Numbered from the stretch's first letter, positions 39,194 through 53,235 are shown. The stretch is DNA of 64,000 nucleotides from Octopus sinensis (GCF_006345805.1 NC_043004.1:30690001-30754000); one strand, 5' to 3'. Program-made: numbers and translations. The notes: generated by a model not told the origin, from the sequence alone.

Positions 39194-39701
39194 TTCTCCT
39201 CGACTAACGACTTAAGATGGTCGTAAGCGACTTACGACCATCTGCACTTACGACCACAAAAAGTAGATAAAGCCTTACGACTTATTACCTCAAAACGACA
39301 TTCACACAAGCCATCGAAGCAGTCGATTCTGATGCAGAATTATCTTTGCGAGATTTTTGGAAGCAGTACAACATTCTTCAGTATATCAAGAATATTTCGA
39401 CCGCATGGGAATGTGTACCAAAGAAGCGTATGTCAGGAATTTGGAAAAAGCGTCTCAAATCTTATGCGAATACATTTGAAGGATTCGAACATGAAGAGGA
39501 GTTAGAAGTGATTAGAAAAGACATAGTTAAACTTGCAAACAATCAAGAATTAGAATGTGAAATAGAAGATGTGGAGGAGTTGCTACATTGTGAGACTAAA
39601 GAACTTTCAGATGAAGAGTTGAATGAAAATAGTGTTGAAAAATATAAATCCAACATACGACCTGTCAGTCGAACGGAATTCGGTCGTAAGTCAAGGAGAA
39701 G
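39193..39701 (+). mobile_element. Tigger/pogo internal-deletion derivative (509 bp)
   Basis: TIRs CTTCTCCTCGACTAACGAC / GTCGTAAGTCAAGGAGAAG, TA on the left flank. Retains a TIGD1-like C-terminus ([10 protein letters not shown]...AWECV...GIWKK...EDVEELL...ELSDEEL). Confidence 0.85.
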
Positions 39702-39703
39702 AA

Positions 39704-39797
<94 letters not shown>

Positions 39798-40033
39798 GCG
39801 TGTGTGTGTGTGTGTGTGTGTGTAGGGGTATCTATTTACTTTTGAGATATTTCTCTGTGTGTGAATAAAAATTATATAATAATAAGAAAAAAAAATGGAA
39901 TTTAAAAATCCTTGCAGATATCGATAAAACACTCAGTATTGAAAGAATTTGATTACAAATGTTCAACAAGTTAGACACCAGTAAATGTAAGTAAAAAACG
40001 TATGTATGTATGTATGTATGTATGTATGTATGA

Positions 40034-40066
<33 letters not shown>

Positions 40067-41789
40067 TGTATGTATGTATGTATGTATTGCATGGATTACG
40101 CGATTGTTCGCTCGTTTCGCTCGGTTGGAAAATTTTGAAGCGTAGTGAAATAAAAGCTGTCTCACCTTCCAACAATACGTACTTGTCTTTATGCCAGTCA
40201 ATCAACGATAAAATAACCGAAACAGTGAAATCGGGAGATGTTGCTTGTGTAGTGTTGTGGTGGAATGTTTTTAGTAAACAATGAAGAATTTATGCGGAGG
40301 TTTATGGCTTCTAAATATTTTGCTTTATAATGGTTGGGTTTTTACGATCTGAATTTACACTATAATCTGAGTTGACTTTTGTTACAATGGCATCAAGTTG
40401 TTGTTTTGTTTTTTAAACTTATTTTCGACGCGGGCTTTATGGGCAAAAATTATAACCAACTGGGGATACGTAACCATTCTTAAATGTTGATCTGGATGTA
40501 GATTTAATGAAGTGGATTATGATCAATCGAAGATTTAAGAGTAATATTTTATTTATGAGATTTCAACGTAATATTTCTTTCTTTCTTTCTTTTTTTTTTA
40601 CCGAAAGGGAGTTTAGAATATTTATAAGATTACATATAAATTCAAAAATAAATTAAAATTTCATAATGTAAAAAGTTTTTTTAAAAAAACACTAAATTTT
40701 AAATCTGGAAAAGGCTTACGAAAGTAAGGAGTATTCAAATGTAATAATTTAGCATTAAATTTATAAAATATGGATTACTTAAGGATTTAAAACTTCGAAA
40801 AATGTGAATAATTTATACTATATAGTGGGCGGGTGTAGATGTTTATAGCGAAAGTTGAAGTTAATGGGGTAATTTGTAGAATGTTAAAACTGTGGATGAA
40901 AGAAGCTGGAGTCGAATGAAAACTATGTAAACGAGAAAAAGGATATAAAAAGGCAAAAAATATAAGATATTAGCAGGTGTTTCCAAGCTATATACACACA
41001 TACACACATACACACGTGCATACAAACCTACCATATTCCACGATTTATGAAGCGCACAAGCTCGTAAGGTTATCTCAATTTTGACAGGCTCTCTTTTGAA
41101 AAGAGTTAAAATCCCTGAATTGTGTGTACAATTATATTTAACACATTCATGTACACTCAGACGCGGAAAGACTTTTTACTGATATCTAGGCATTCCTAGA
41201 ATAAGGATGCACTTTTATCGATTTCACTACTCGCATGAGACGTCAGTTTGTATTAAAAAAGCGGACTTGTTTATCGATCGAATATTTCTGTCGCAGTCAC
41301 TCAGATGGTTGTCATGCGTGCTAGAAATAGCAGCCAAATAGGCCTAGGCCTTAAATCACACTCCACTACAATTTTTTGTGGGCAGGGAGCATAATGGCAT
41401 GAAGTCCCGCGTGTAGAATTCAAATTCGCAAAAAATTTCCTGAAAACGCCGAAAAATAAAAAAAACCTTATGCGGGGTTATATGTGGTACGTAATTCTGT
41501 GGTTTCATATCAAAACACAAGTGCTATTTTCAAGATGTTGACAAAATGTGCAGTCACGCACAAAATGACAGCTTTGAAATCGTGTTTCTTGACTTGGTGA
41601 AAATGATCAAACTTTAAACCTCTATAACTTTTTTAAAACATTTTTCTGAAAAAGCTGAATAACTCCAGCAATTCATCTTGGAAAAGTATATTAATGTGCT
41701 AAATTTTAAAATTTTCGATAAACTTTAATTTTTGAAATGCTGGCAGCCAAACGAACTAGATCCGTATTTGCTCCAGTAAAGACGTGTCA

Positions 41790-43350
41790 GTAAAGACGTG
41801 ACTCTGCTCTATTGACTTCTTCTCTTTGGGAATACCATACTGCCTTTCTGATGTGCCTTCTTTGCCATCAAACATTGACCAACGAAGCAGTGAAACCTTC
41901 ACGCTTGAAGCATCACTTTGATGCAAAACATTCTGAGAAGGACAAGCCGTCATCATACTTTTTGCAACTGAGCTCTTCTTTCAAAAAGTAAATACAAACA
42001 TTGAATACGCTATTCCAGGAGACTAGTAAAGAGGAGAATGACGGGTTGATTGCCTCGTACAACATTGCATTGCTTGTTGCTAAGTCTGGGCGGTTTCACA
42101 CAATTGGAGAAACATTACTTCGCCCAGTTATCGAAGAGGTTTTGTCAACCGCTATGCATGAAAAACCCGATAACATTATGAAGAAATTCCCACTTAGTAA
42201 TAACACAATTTCTCGAAGCATTGATAAAATGGCCAACGATGTCAAACATCAGCTCATTAATATTCTCCAGCGTTCTTAATTTTCTATACAAGTGGATAAG
42301 TCAACTCAGAGAAGATCTTCAACCTTGTGAGGAAATGCTGTTTACAGAGAAATTGCCGCTTGATTCAAGAGATGCAACTATTTTTCACACTCTCAAGTCT
42401 TTCCTTTTTGAACATAATATCCCACTCAGTAATATTCTTGCCTGTGCGTCTGATGGAGCCCCTTCGATGATAGGGCAGATTCAGAGGTTTTTCATCTCTC
42501 CTAAAGCGTGAAATTTCCCACTAAATACTAACTGTTCATTGCTTGGCACACCGGCAGCATTTAGTGGCAAAAAATATGAACGGTAGGTTGAATTTTGCGC
42601 TACAGTTAGTTATCAAGACTTTGAACAGTCCAGTCCCTTGTCTGATGGAATTTTCCGTCAACTACTAAACTCTTATACCCTACCGAAGTGCGGTGGCTGT
42701 CAAAAGGAAACTGTGTTTTACGCTTTGTTGAACTGTTTCATATGATCTTATCTTTATTTGAATATACTCCACTATCCGCTTCATTGATGGCTGGAAGGTG
42801 CGATATCTTTTTTCTTTGTGATATATTCACAAAATTAAATGATTTGAATAAGATATTGCAAGGAAACAGAAAACCTCCCGTTAATTGTAAATCATTTATC
42901 ACTACTTTCATTTCGAAGACTAACATTTCAAAACGTCAGTTCCATCAATTTCCTCAACTTGATTATTTGAAGGATAAATTAGTTCATGAGGATTTAACTA
43001 CATATCGCACGATAACATGGCGGAGCGATTTCAAAATGGTATTGTGTTGAATATTCCAAACAGTTATAGCAATCCGTTTGAGGTCGATGCAGTCGATTGC
43101 GAGAATAACGTTCAGGAGGAATTGAAAGAATTAGAAAATGACAATGACGCCACAATGCGATATCGCTGTAATGGTAAAGAAGGTTTGTGGTACCATCAGA
43201 GTATACTGAATTTCTACCCCAGTCTGTGGAAACACCTGAAATTACTTATGCTTGCCTTCTCTATCTCATGTTGGAACTTTACTTTCCCATAAAAGAATTG
43301 AACTGGATATGGCACAACGAGAAAGTTGACAAGTTTGAAACCGAATGTAT
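41790..43350 (+). mobile_element. hAT (Charlie/Buster, ZBED5/SCAND3-like) transposase relic
   Basis: KPSRLKHHF...ASYNIALLVAKSG..HTIGETLLRP...PLSNNTISR...ACASDGAPSMIG...RWLSKGN...LKLLMLAF, with many disruptions. Candidate right TIR GTTTGGGAAATACTG at 43791-43805. Confidence 0.9.
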
Positions 43351-44310
43351 CTGCACTAGTTGCATCGCACCAGACACGTGGTTCTCATTAAAAAGTTTTA
43401 TTATTTTCCTTTATAACACAATCATCAATTATTTTTGCATCGGTCGTTCTGATCAATGGTTCATTTGGGGGAAATGAAAATCAGTGTAAAAGAAAGTGCA
43501 AGTTTCCAGAAGTTAATCTGACTGAAAAATATAGAGTTAACGTAAGAATTTTATTCATACTAATGGTAAAACTAAACCCACAATAAAGAATTTGTAAACA
43601 ACCGCATATTTAGTACAAACGGCGCTAACAGAGCAATGAGTCTACGATATAGTCTGTAATTTAAATGATATGGGAGGTGGGGCTAGGGGAATTTGGGTGG
43701 GCCGTTGTGTCAGGTATTTTTTTTAATACAGCTTGGTGATTGAGCATTTTTTGGCTGATAGGTGAGCGATATTGTAATTTGGCTCGAAAAGTTTGGGAAA
43801 TACTGACAGTCACCTATATTTCAATCAACGCTGCCTAGTTCACTTTTAGTAAATCAAAACCTTTTGTTTTCGCCTCTCATTCTTGGCTTTCCTTACTATA
43901 ACAGATCCCTATGTATTTAGATCCTTATTTTCTGTTTGGAAAACCCTTTAAATCTTTCGTTACTATAATTCTAACTAAAATACTTTTACTATGTTTTTAC
44001 ATTAAATTTTAAAATAAACATAAATTTTAACTGTTGTTATACATATAAAAAAAAACGTAACTTTTATTATTTGCTGATGATGCTAGAAGACCCACTCTCG
44101 ATGCTCACTTTTGGTTTTGTTTTTGTTGATGTTGAAAATGTATTGATCGGTGGAAAAACATAACTTTATTATAAATATGTCCTCGAAAGATACTAAAAAA
44201 ACTTCACTACATTTTACTTTCAATAAACAAAGCTACAGCGTAACCTCCACCCTCCAGCCCCACCCCACTTTCATCTTATAGTACTCTATGTATTCCTTTT
44301 ATCATTATAT

Positions 44311-44526
44311 ATTTCTTTACTGTCCACAAGGGGCTAAACATAGAGGGGACAAACAAGGACAGACAAAGGGATTAAGTCGATTACATCGACCCCAGTGCGA
44401 AACTGGTACTTTATTTATCGACCCCGAAAGGATGAAAGGCAAAGTCGACCTCGGCGGAATTTGAACTCAGAACGTAACGACAGACGAACTACAGCTGAGC
44501 ATTTCGCCCGGCGTGCTAACGTTTCT
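44311..44526 (-). mobile_element. Octopus-type SINE, nearly complete, CpG-intact
   Basis: Reverse complement: AACGTTAGCACGCCGGGCGAAATGC...GTTCAAATTCCGCCGAGGTCGACTTTGCC...AGCCCCTTGTGG...AAAGAAAT. Confidence 0.9.
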
Positions 44527-44799
44527 AGTCTCACTACGATCTTTGGAAGTAACTGGAAAGGAAACACAAGAGACAAAGCTGTGATACGGACACGCAGCAT
44601 ACACATTACAGGTGAATATGTATGTGTGTGTGTGTGTGAGTGGTGTGTATTAATATGTGCATTTATAGATACATATGTGTGCGTGCGCGTGCACATGTGT
44701 GTACGTTCTTTTCCTCTTTTTAATTTAGAATAAATTTTGACCGGCCACCCGCTTGGTAGCAAGGTTGTGGAAGGAAAGCATCTGGTCTTGTTCCCCATC

Positions 44800-45520
44800 C
44801 TTTAAATCTTAAGAAAGCTTTGATGATTTTTATAGTCCCTGATATCCTGATCGTTTGTAGTATATAAGTTGAGGATTTGCATTCTCACCCCCAAACCGTA
44901 TTTTGTCCAAGGAGGGTTGGTATGTGTCCTATTGCTCCAATATTAATAGGTATGATTCTAAAAGTATATTTTGAGTACTAGATTTGCAAAATTTCCTATT
45001 AATGTTCCATAGATGTCCTCTTTCTCTTGTATTTTTCGAACCACATTGGTGTCCAGAAAACGACTGATTTCCACAACAGAACGTATGTTCTCCTTGTGAT
45101 CCCATACAACAATATCTGATCAGTTATGTTTTAACTTGGTGGCTGTTTTAATTTTTAAGTTCCACCAATATTCTTTTGATCTATCGATCTCAATATAGTC
45201 AACTTCGTCTGTAGGTGTTTTCTCTTTGGTTATTCTCTTCCAGATCATTCTGGCCACAGCATCGTGCCTCATGGAAAGATAATATCTGGTAGGCATTCTT
45301 TCAGTTGACAATAATGTGGTTGATACCTTCAGTTTTGGTCTTGCACAGCCTGCAGTTGTTGTCTGTCAACGTTTTCTGCCTTTTTCTGTTTTTTAGGCTG
45401 TAGGTACTTAGTGGAGATCTCTTGTTTTTGAATTACAGGGAGGTAGCCTTTGAAGTAAGGTGTCATAAACTTATCAGTACTCCGTGACAAGCTTTTGATA
45501 TGATCAATCACATTTGTAGA
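44800..45520 (-). mobile_element. R4/Dong-like RLE-type LINE fragment (divergent family)
   Basis: CRLCKTKTEGINHII...RHDAVARMIW...YWWNLKIKT...DIVVWD (CCHC + PD endonuclease). Confidence 0.75.
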
Positions 45521-45714
45521 TATGTATGTATCATTTACACACTGCTGAGGAGTGACCCATCTTCCTCTCCCATGTCAAAACTTGGTTTTAGAGTCAAGTT
45601 TTGACTGCTATCTCTAGCATGGGGGTATCTCTTAGATACCCTTAATTATAATTTTAATAATAATTAACGCTCGGGAATTGAGAAAGTATATATATACGTG
45701 TGTGTGTGTGTGTG

Positions 45715-45900
45715 TGTGTTTGTCCCCCCCCCCCCGCAACATCGCTTGACAACCGATGCTGGCGTGTTTACGTCCCCGTAACTTAGCGGTTCGGCAAAAG
45801 ACACTGATAAAATAAGTACTAGGCTTACAAAGAATAAGTCGATTTCTTTGACTAAAAGCGGTGCTCCAGCATGGCCTCTGTCAAATGACTGAAACGAATA
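45715..45900 (+). mobile_element. SINE tail
   Basis: CTTGACAACCGATGCTGG-GTGTTTACGTCCCCGTAACTTAGCGGTTCGGCAAAAG...GTGCTCCAGCATGGCC...ACTGAAAC. Confidence 0.8.
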
Positions 45901-45950
45901 ATAAAAAAATAATAAAAGAATAAAAAATAACTATATATATATATATATAT

Positions 45951-45984
<34 letters not shown>

Positions 45985-45990
<6 letters not shown>

Positions 45991-46255
45991 ACACATCGCT
46001 GGTCACAATGCGTTCGCATTGTTTTAGCCTTCAAATGACGCCACCCCGCTGGCTAAGCAAGCAGGCCAACAGAAGAAAGAGTGAGAGAAAGTTGTGGCGA
46101 AAGAGTACAGCAGGGATCGCCACCACCCCCTGCCAGAGCCTCGTGGAGCTTTAGGTGTTTTCACTCAATAAACACTCACAACGCCCGGTCTGGGAATCGA
46201 AACCGCGATCGTACGACCGTGAGTCCGCTGCCCTAACCACTGGGCCATTGCGCCC
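45985..46255 (-). mobile_element. tRNA-derived SINE, reverse orientation
   Basis: Minus-strand head GCGCAATGGCCCAGTGGTTAGGGCAGCGGACTC...GCGGTTTCGATTCCCAG. Confidence 0.85.
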
Positions 46256-46286
46256 CCCCCCCTATATATATATATATATATATATA

Positions 46287-46328
<42 letters not shown>

Positions 46329-46347
46329 ACCACTCTTGACCACACCA

Positions 46348-46391
<44 letters not shown>

Positions 46392-46869
46392 ACTACTGAC
46401 TGCACACCTAAATAACCCACCTTATTCTCATCATGTTCTTACTCTTTCCACTCATTCCGGCCCCTCTGGTGCATAGCTGTATGTATGTATGTTTGTATGC
46501 ATGTAAGCAAGTACTTATGCATGTATGTATATATATATGTATGTATGTATGTATGTACATATGTATGTATGTAAGCATGTATGAATGTATGCATATATGT
46601 ATGTATGAGTGTTTGTATGTGTGTGTTTATGTATGTACATATCCCTAAATGCTAATCTGTTCATTTTTTTCCCCTCAATATATTAAAAACAGGTTGACTG
46701 TTATAAAGCACTTAGCAACAATCTTAAATCTTTTTTTTTTTTTCATTTATTTATGAAATTTAAATCTTTCCTGCTGCAGTTCTCAAATCCCAGTGTGCCA
46801 GTTTAATGGAATTTTTATTCACAAATGGAAAAAAAAAATTCTTAAAGATACAATGTAATCAGTATTGCT

Positions 46870-47217
46870 TTGTTTTATCAAAAGTGATTTTTATTCCTCT
46901 TTAATCTAGGTTTTTCATTAAAGTTCTGTTTCCCCACTCAATCAGACTGAATATTTTTAAGGTCGCTGGTGAAAGGCCGTGTACTGAAACGAATGAAGAA
47001 CTGCTGAAAAATCTGGAACATGACATTTCTGTCAATATCTTTTGAACTTCTACTAGATGATGGAGAGAAAGAATTTTGCAACGTGGTGTGCTATCATGTC
47101 TGCTTGCTATGTGTTGTCAGTGGTGTTACATCTATTGATGTAGTAAACAGGAAATAAAGGTTTCAGACCGCCAAATATATGCTGTATCAAACTTGAAGCC
47201 TGAGTCTGCATTGTTCG
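46870..47217 (-). CDS. Candidate terminal exon of an unidentified minus-strand host gene
   Basis: Strong acceptor gtgttttctttattttag|CG at 47217. Open for 36 codons (RTMQTQASSLIQHIFGGLKPLFP..., stop at 47107) or 27 codons (NNADSGFKFDTAYIW..., stop at 47132). AATAAA at 46895-46890. Lies at the edge of the CpG-depleted domain. No homology recognised. Confidence 0.3.
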
Positions 47218-47466
47218 CTAAAATAAAGAAAACACTTTTTGTGAAGAGAGTGAAGCATTGTCATGTGCCTATTGAAATATCTTTACTCCTTTGACTTCCT
47301 AGTCATCATCATCTCCACTATCACCATCACCAATACTTCTTCGCTTCCTCTTTTCCTCCTCCTCCTCATCATCATTATCATTACCATCATTATCATCATC
47401 AATGTCATATCATCATTATCATTATTTTTATGTTCATTTTCCCAAGTCTACAAAGGTACTGTTCTT

Positions 47467-47526
<60 letters not shown>

Positions 47527-47553
<27 letters not shown>

Positions 47554-49788
47554 ATTGTTGTTATTGTTGTTGTTGCTGTTGCTGCTGCTGCTGTTATTGT
47601 TGTTATTGTTGTTGTTTAGCCCAAGTTATCTCTGACTGAGAAGGCTTATCATCAAAAATGTTCCAACTATGACCATCCCATCTTCTACGTCTGGCATATT
47701 GTATTTAAGATTACATTGTCCAATATGTCCAGGATTCTTTTTTTAGTCAGTGGATCATGATTTGAGTGAGAGCTTGGCTAATAGTTCTTGCAAACCATGT
47801 GATCACACAGAGCATTAGTATACAGAGGAGAGGCAATCAAGTGAATGAAATGAATTGGATGTCTGGTCTTTTGGTCTGGAGAATTTCCAGAATTAACAGC
47901 AAGATCTTCCTCAAACTAATTTGTTTGTCTTAAAATAGGAAATCTATATTGAAACATTCATTCCTGCTACTATGTCAGACAAAATGCCATATGTCTCTTA
48001 CATTTTGTGTTCAAATCCTGCCGAGGTCAACTTTGCCTTTTGTCCCTCCTGAATCAATAAAAATTAAGTTGCAATCAAGTGAATACGATCAATTTATCCT
48101 CTTCCTCCAAAGTTCTTAAGTTAAAAACATTTGCCATTGTGAACTCAGGGAAGTATTCCTCATTATTGTTGCCATCATTGTCATCATCATCTTAATGTCA
48201 ACTTCTCTATGCTCACATGGGATGGATGGCAGAATCGTTAGCACACCGAGCAAATGCTTAGCGGTATTTTGACTGCCGTTACATTCTAAGTTCAAATTCC
48301 GCCGAGGTCGACTTTGCCTTTCATCCTTTCAGGGTCGATAAATTAAGTACCAGTTACGCACTGAGGTTGATGTAATTGACTTAATCCCTTTGTCTGTCCT
48401 TGTTTGTCCCCTCTATGTTTAGCCCCTTGCGGGCAATAAAGAAATAAGAATTCACTGAGGCAGATTTTCTGTAACTGGATAACCTCCCTGTTGCTGACCC
48501 TCACCTGTTTCCAAAGTATATATTCCCTTGGTCAGACATATTTTCATGACCAACAGACGACACTGCTTATATAATGGGGATGCTTCTTTACAACTATTAC
48601 ACCATGTCAAGACAAGGGAACACTAAAATGCCCCCCCCCCACCATATGCATATATATGTTGTTGTTGTTGTTGTTGTTGTTGTTATTGTTGTTATTGTTG
48701 TTGTTGCTGTTGCTGCTGCTGCTGTTATTGTTGTTATTGTTGTTGTTTAGCCCAAGTTATCTCTGACTGAGAAGGCTTATCATCAAAAATGTTCCAACTA
48801 TGACCATCCCATCTTCTACGTCTGGCATATTGTATTTAAGATTACATTGTCCAATATGTCCAGGATTCTTTTTTTAGTCAGTGGATCATGATTTGAGTGA
48901 GAGCTTGGCTAATAGTTCTTGCAAACCATGTGATCACACAGAGCATTAGTATACAGAGGAGAGGCAATCAAGTGAATGAAATGAATTGGATGTCTGGTCT
49001 TTTGGTCTGGAGAATTTCCAGAATTAACAGCAAGATCTTCCTCAAACTAATTTGTTTGTCTTAAAATAGGAAATCTATATTGAAACATTCATTCCTGCTA
49101 CTATGTCAGACAAAATGCCATATGTCTCTTTACATTTTGTGTTCAAATCCTGCCGAGGTCAACTTTGCCTTTTGTCCCTCCTGAATCAATAAAAATTAAG
49201 TTGCAATCAAGTGAATACGATCAATTTATCCTCTTCCTCCAAAGTTCTTAAGTTAAAAACATTTGCCATTGTGAACTCAGGGAAGTATTCCTCATTATTG
49301 TTGCCATCATTGTCATCATCATCTTAATGTCAACTTCTCTATGCTCACATGGGATGGATGGCAGAATCGTTAGCACACCGAGCAAATGCTTAGCGGTATT
49401 TTGACTGCCGTTACATTCTAAGTTCAAATTCCGCCGAGGTCGACTTTGCCTTTCATCCTTTCAGGTCGATAAATTAAGTACCAGTTACGCACTGAGGTGA
49501 TGTAATTGACTTAATCCCTTTGTCTGTCCTTGTTTGTCCCCTCTATGTTTAGCCCCTTGCGGGCAATAAAGAAATAAGAATTCACTGAGGCAGATTTTCT
49601 GTAACTGGATAACCTCCCTGTTGCTGACCCTCACCTGTTTCCAAAGTATATATTCCCTTGGTCAGACATATTTTCATGACCAACAGACGACACTGCTTAT
49701 ATAATGGGGATGCTTCTTTACAACTATTACACCATGTCAAGACAAGGGAACACTAAAATGCCCCCCCCCCCACCATATGCATATATAT
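47527..49788. repeat. Tandem duplication of a 1,131-bp unit (47527-48657 and 48658-49788), each carrying SINE fragments
   Basis: Copies appear identical except for four homopolymer-length indels. Confidence 0.97.
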
Positions 49789-49879
49789 GTTGTTGTTGTT
49801 GTTGTTTAGACCAAGTTATCCTTGACTAAGAAAGCTTATCATTCTTTGAAAGCTGCCATAGTCAGAGTAATGTCCAAAA

Positions 49880-50360
49880 TGAACCAGGACCACTTGATTC
49901 GAGCACTTCTTTACGCAGCTGTCCTCGCCCATACACATCACATGACCATACCAGCATGGTCATCTCTCTTGCACACTACATCTGATTCTTCTTATGCCTA
50001 ACTTTTCTCTCTAGGTGTTTATACTCTGTCAAACATGTACACCAACACTGCACATCTAGCAAAGCATACTGGCTTCATTTCTCTCAAGCCTGCGCATGTC
50101 CTCGGCTGTCACAGCCCCATGTTTCACCACCATGCAGCATAGCTGTTCACACATAGGCATCAAACAATCTGCCATTCACTCTGAGGGAGAGGCCTTTGTT
50201 ACTAGCAGGAGTAGGAGCACTCTCAATTTTACCCAGCCTAAATTTATTCTCACACCTACACTCTTGGAACAACCACCTCTACTACTTACTTGGTCACCTA
50301 GATACTTGAAAGTATCTACTACTTCCAGCTTGCCCCACTGGCAGTTGATGGAATCTATTT
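49880..50360 (-). mobile_element. RTE-clade LINE fragment
   Basis: GKLEVVDTFKYLGDQVSSRGGCSKSVGVRINLGWVKLR...MLHGGETW. Confidence 0.85.
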
Positions 50361-51291
50361 TCCACACTTGTTCAGCATTTATTATGCCTGTGCATATATA
50401 TATATATATATTTATATAAATATGTATATTCACATATAAATACATATACACAGGCAGACAGATAGGTCAGTTGGTCTGTAGGTAGGTAGGTAGGTAGGTA
50501 TATTTTATTCTCAAAATTTTATTTTTATTTTAATAATCAAATTTTCATCTTCGTTTTCAATTCCATTTAAGTCAATATTCCATGCTATTTTAGATCACTT
50601 TTCTCCATTCACTGCTATTTCAAATATGCTTCCTTTTTGTAAAAAATAAGTTATGTTCAAGAAAGTATTTAATGCTAGAAATATTACCATTTTCATTGTC
50701 TAACTCCCCTTTTAGCTTTCCTATATATTTCTGGACTAAATTATTTTGGTTGAAATATACAAATAATTAAGATATAAAAGAAAAATAGTTTACAGTTATG
50801 AAAGAAATTGTAATCATCAAATTTGCGACTAAGATTGACTGGTGACTATTTTGTAATTTAATATGGCTGGAAGCATATATGCCGGAAGGAAAGTTACATA
50901 GGAGTTGCAAACCTAAGTCCAAACTTTTTTAGAAACAAAGTCGATTTTTTCCCTTTTAATGTCCAAACTAACACAGGTACACCATAAACAACTTGCATCT
51001 GCAAATATCAGATGCTAGCAAGGGAGGAATGCGTACCATCCCCCTCCATTCCTCCCTCCACCCCACCCCCATAAACTAGTTAATAGGTTTCGCTCGATAT
51101 TCTTCTCACCATTGCTCATCGTCTCTTTTTAGCTAAATCCAGTAGCTTGCCTTCTCTATTGTTGCCTAGATATCACTCATGGTCATATTGGCCTTATGAT
51201 GAGTTAGGCCTAGCGACAACAACAACAGCAAAAACAATAACAATAATAATAATGATAATAATAATATTAATAATAATTATTATTATTATTA

Positions 51292-51334
<43 letters not shown>

Positions 51335-51385
51335 CATCATTATCATTGTCATTATTATTATTATTATTGAGTGAGAGAGCAGTTC

Positions 51386-51423
<38 letters not shown>

Positions 51424-51684
51424 TTGTACGTCAATCAACTCAGATAAATCCAATAACAGAAAAGTAATGTTTCAAATCAGTCCAAAAATGTTTCTATGCT
51501 TTGGTGATGAAGTTTACCAGGAGGAATTTTCAAAGCATTTTCATTGCCCACCCCACTCCTGCAAAAAAATTTACACTCCTGCATTTCCTACAGCCCCTGT
51601 ACCCCTGCACCCCTATCTCCCCTCCACCCCTGTTCCTAAGCTAATGAGTGGGATTTCAAGAATAGACAAATAATAGATGAATAT

Positions 51685-51689
<5 letters not shown>

Positions 51690-51728
<39 letters not shown>

Positions 51729-52520
51729 TATCATTGTTTATCGTCGGTTTTCCATGCTGGTATGGGTTAGATGGTTTGACTGAGGACTGGCAAGCTGGGA
51801 GGCTGCACCAGGCTCCAATCTGATCTGGCAATGTCTCTACAGCTGGATGCCCTTCCTAATGTCAACCACTCCAAGAGTGTAGTGGGTGCTTTTCACATGC
51901 CACTGGCACAGGAGCCAGTCAGGCAGCCCTGGCATCAATCACGTTCGGATGGTGCTTTTTACGTGCCACTGGTATGGGAGCCAGTCAGGTGGACCTGGCA
52001 TCAACCATGCTCAGACGGTGCTTTTTATGTACCACCAGCACAGGAGCCAGTCAGGGGGCACTGGCCTCAACCATGTTCAGATGGTGCATTTTACATGCAC
52101 TGCTACAATTTTAGTTTTGGTTTTACTTGACTCAACAGGTCTTCTCAAGCATATCATATCGTCCGATGCACCAATGGGTTGAACATGCAACACTGGCATT
52201 GGCCATGGCTACGATCTCACTTTAGTTGCCAGGTCTTCTCAGTCACAGTGTATGTCCAAAGGTCTTGGTCTCCTGTCATTGCTTCTGTGAGGTCTAATGT
52301 TCGAAGGTCATGCTTCACCACCTCATCCCGTGTCTTCCTCGGTTCACCTCTTCTACAGGTTCCTTCCACAGTTAGGGTGTGGCATTTCCTCACACAGCTT
52401 TCCTCATCCATATGTAACGCATGACCATACCAGTGTAGTCATTTCTCTTTTACACCACATTTAATGCTTCTTATGTCCAACTTTTCTCTCAGAGCACTCA
52501 CACTCTATCTTGTATGCACA
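51690..52520 (-). mobile_element. RTE-clade LINE 3' end with repeat-containing 3' UTR and (ATG)n tail
   Basis: MDEESCVRKCHTLTVEGTCRRGEPRKT...DLW; GGATGCCCTTCCTAA box; three 66-bp units at 51885, 51951 and 52017; (CAT)n on the plus strand. Confidence 0.85.
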
Positions 52521-52523
52521 CTG

Positions 52524-52556
<33 letters not shown>

Positions 52557-52577
52557 GATGATGATATAGGCATATAT

Positions 52578-53235
52578 TGGTACAGGACGTCACAAACAGT
52601 AAATAACATGAAAAACGAAAACAAATGAGTTTAATACACAAACAACAAGAGAAACAAATGGAAACAGGTCAAGTAACATAAAGAACAACCCCGTATCAAT
52701 TGTCATCTGCCTATCTACTCCTCCTTTTCAGCATTGAATGGCAATATGAGTCTTTGAAGGTAGTTGCTCCAACAAAAACTAAATTAAAATTTGGGATTTA
52801 TGGAGGGTCAAAATTAGGATCAATAACAGGACAGTGGAGACATACAAAGAAACCGAATGAAAACAAACATGACGGGTCATTAGACCAGAACAAGGGTAAA
52901 ATAGCGAATACTAGAGAAATATTTTCTTTGACAAGAGATAAGATAGAAGAGAGAGATAGATAGGATACGTCCAGCCTTTAGGACAGCCCTAAAAGAAAAG
53001 AAAGACAATCATGTGAGGAAAAGAAAGATGGACGATGGTCATATGTGAGCAACGATAGAGAGTAAAAGAGAAAGAGGGGGAGAGAGACAGACAGACAGAC
53101 AGAAAACGGTGAAGGGGAGGAAAAATGAATTAGAGAAAGAATGAGAGAGAACAGTATAGGGTAGAGTCGCATCAAAAAGATTAAGATAAACTTACTTGGA
53201 AATGGATGCGCGGCATTCAATCAAATAATAATATA
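52578..53235. mobile_element. Dispersed non-coding repeat family, copy 3 (full length, more diverged)
   Basis: Aligns with 6515-7072 and 7294-7727. Confidence 0.75.

Noticed and set aside
40974-43805. Complete hAT element bounded by CAGGTGTTTCCAAGC and GTTTGGGAAATACTG
   Set aside because: The flanking 8-mers (GATATTAG vs ACAGTCAC) do not form a target-site duplication, so the left boundary is unsupported.
47800-47930. Minus-strand exon (FEEDLAVNSGNSPDQK...)
   Set aside because: The sequence resembles a dispersed repeat fragment seen at 41310 and 57140, and all frames from the best acceptor stop early.
51885-51915. Similarity of GGTGCTTTTT plus the GGCAC hairpin to the sgRNA/tracrRNA 3' end
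   Set aside because: Short coincidental match inside an RTE 3' UTR, with no other scaffold elements.
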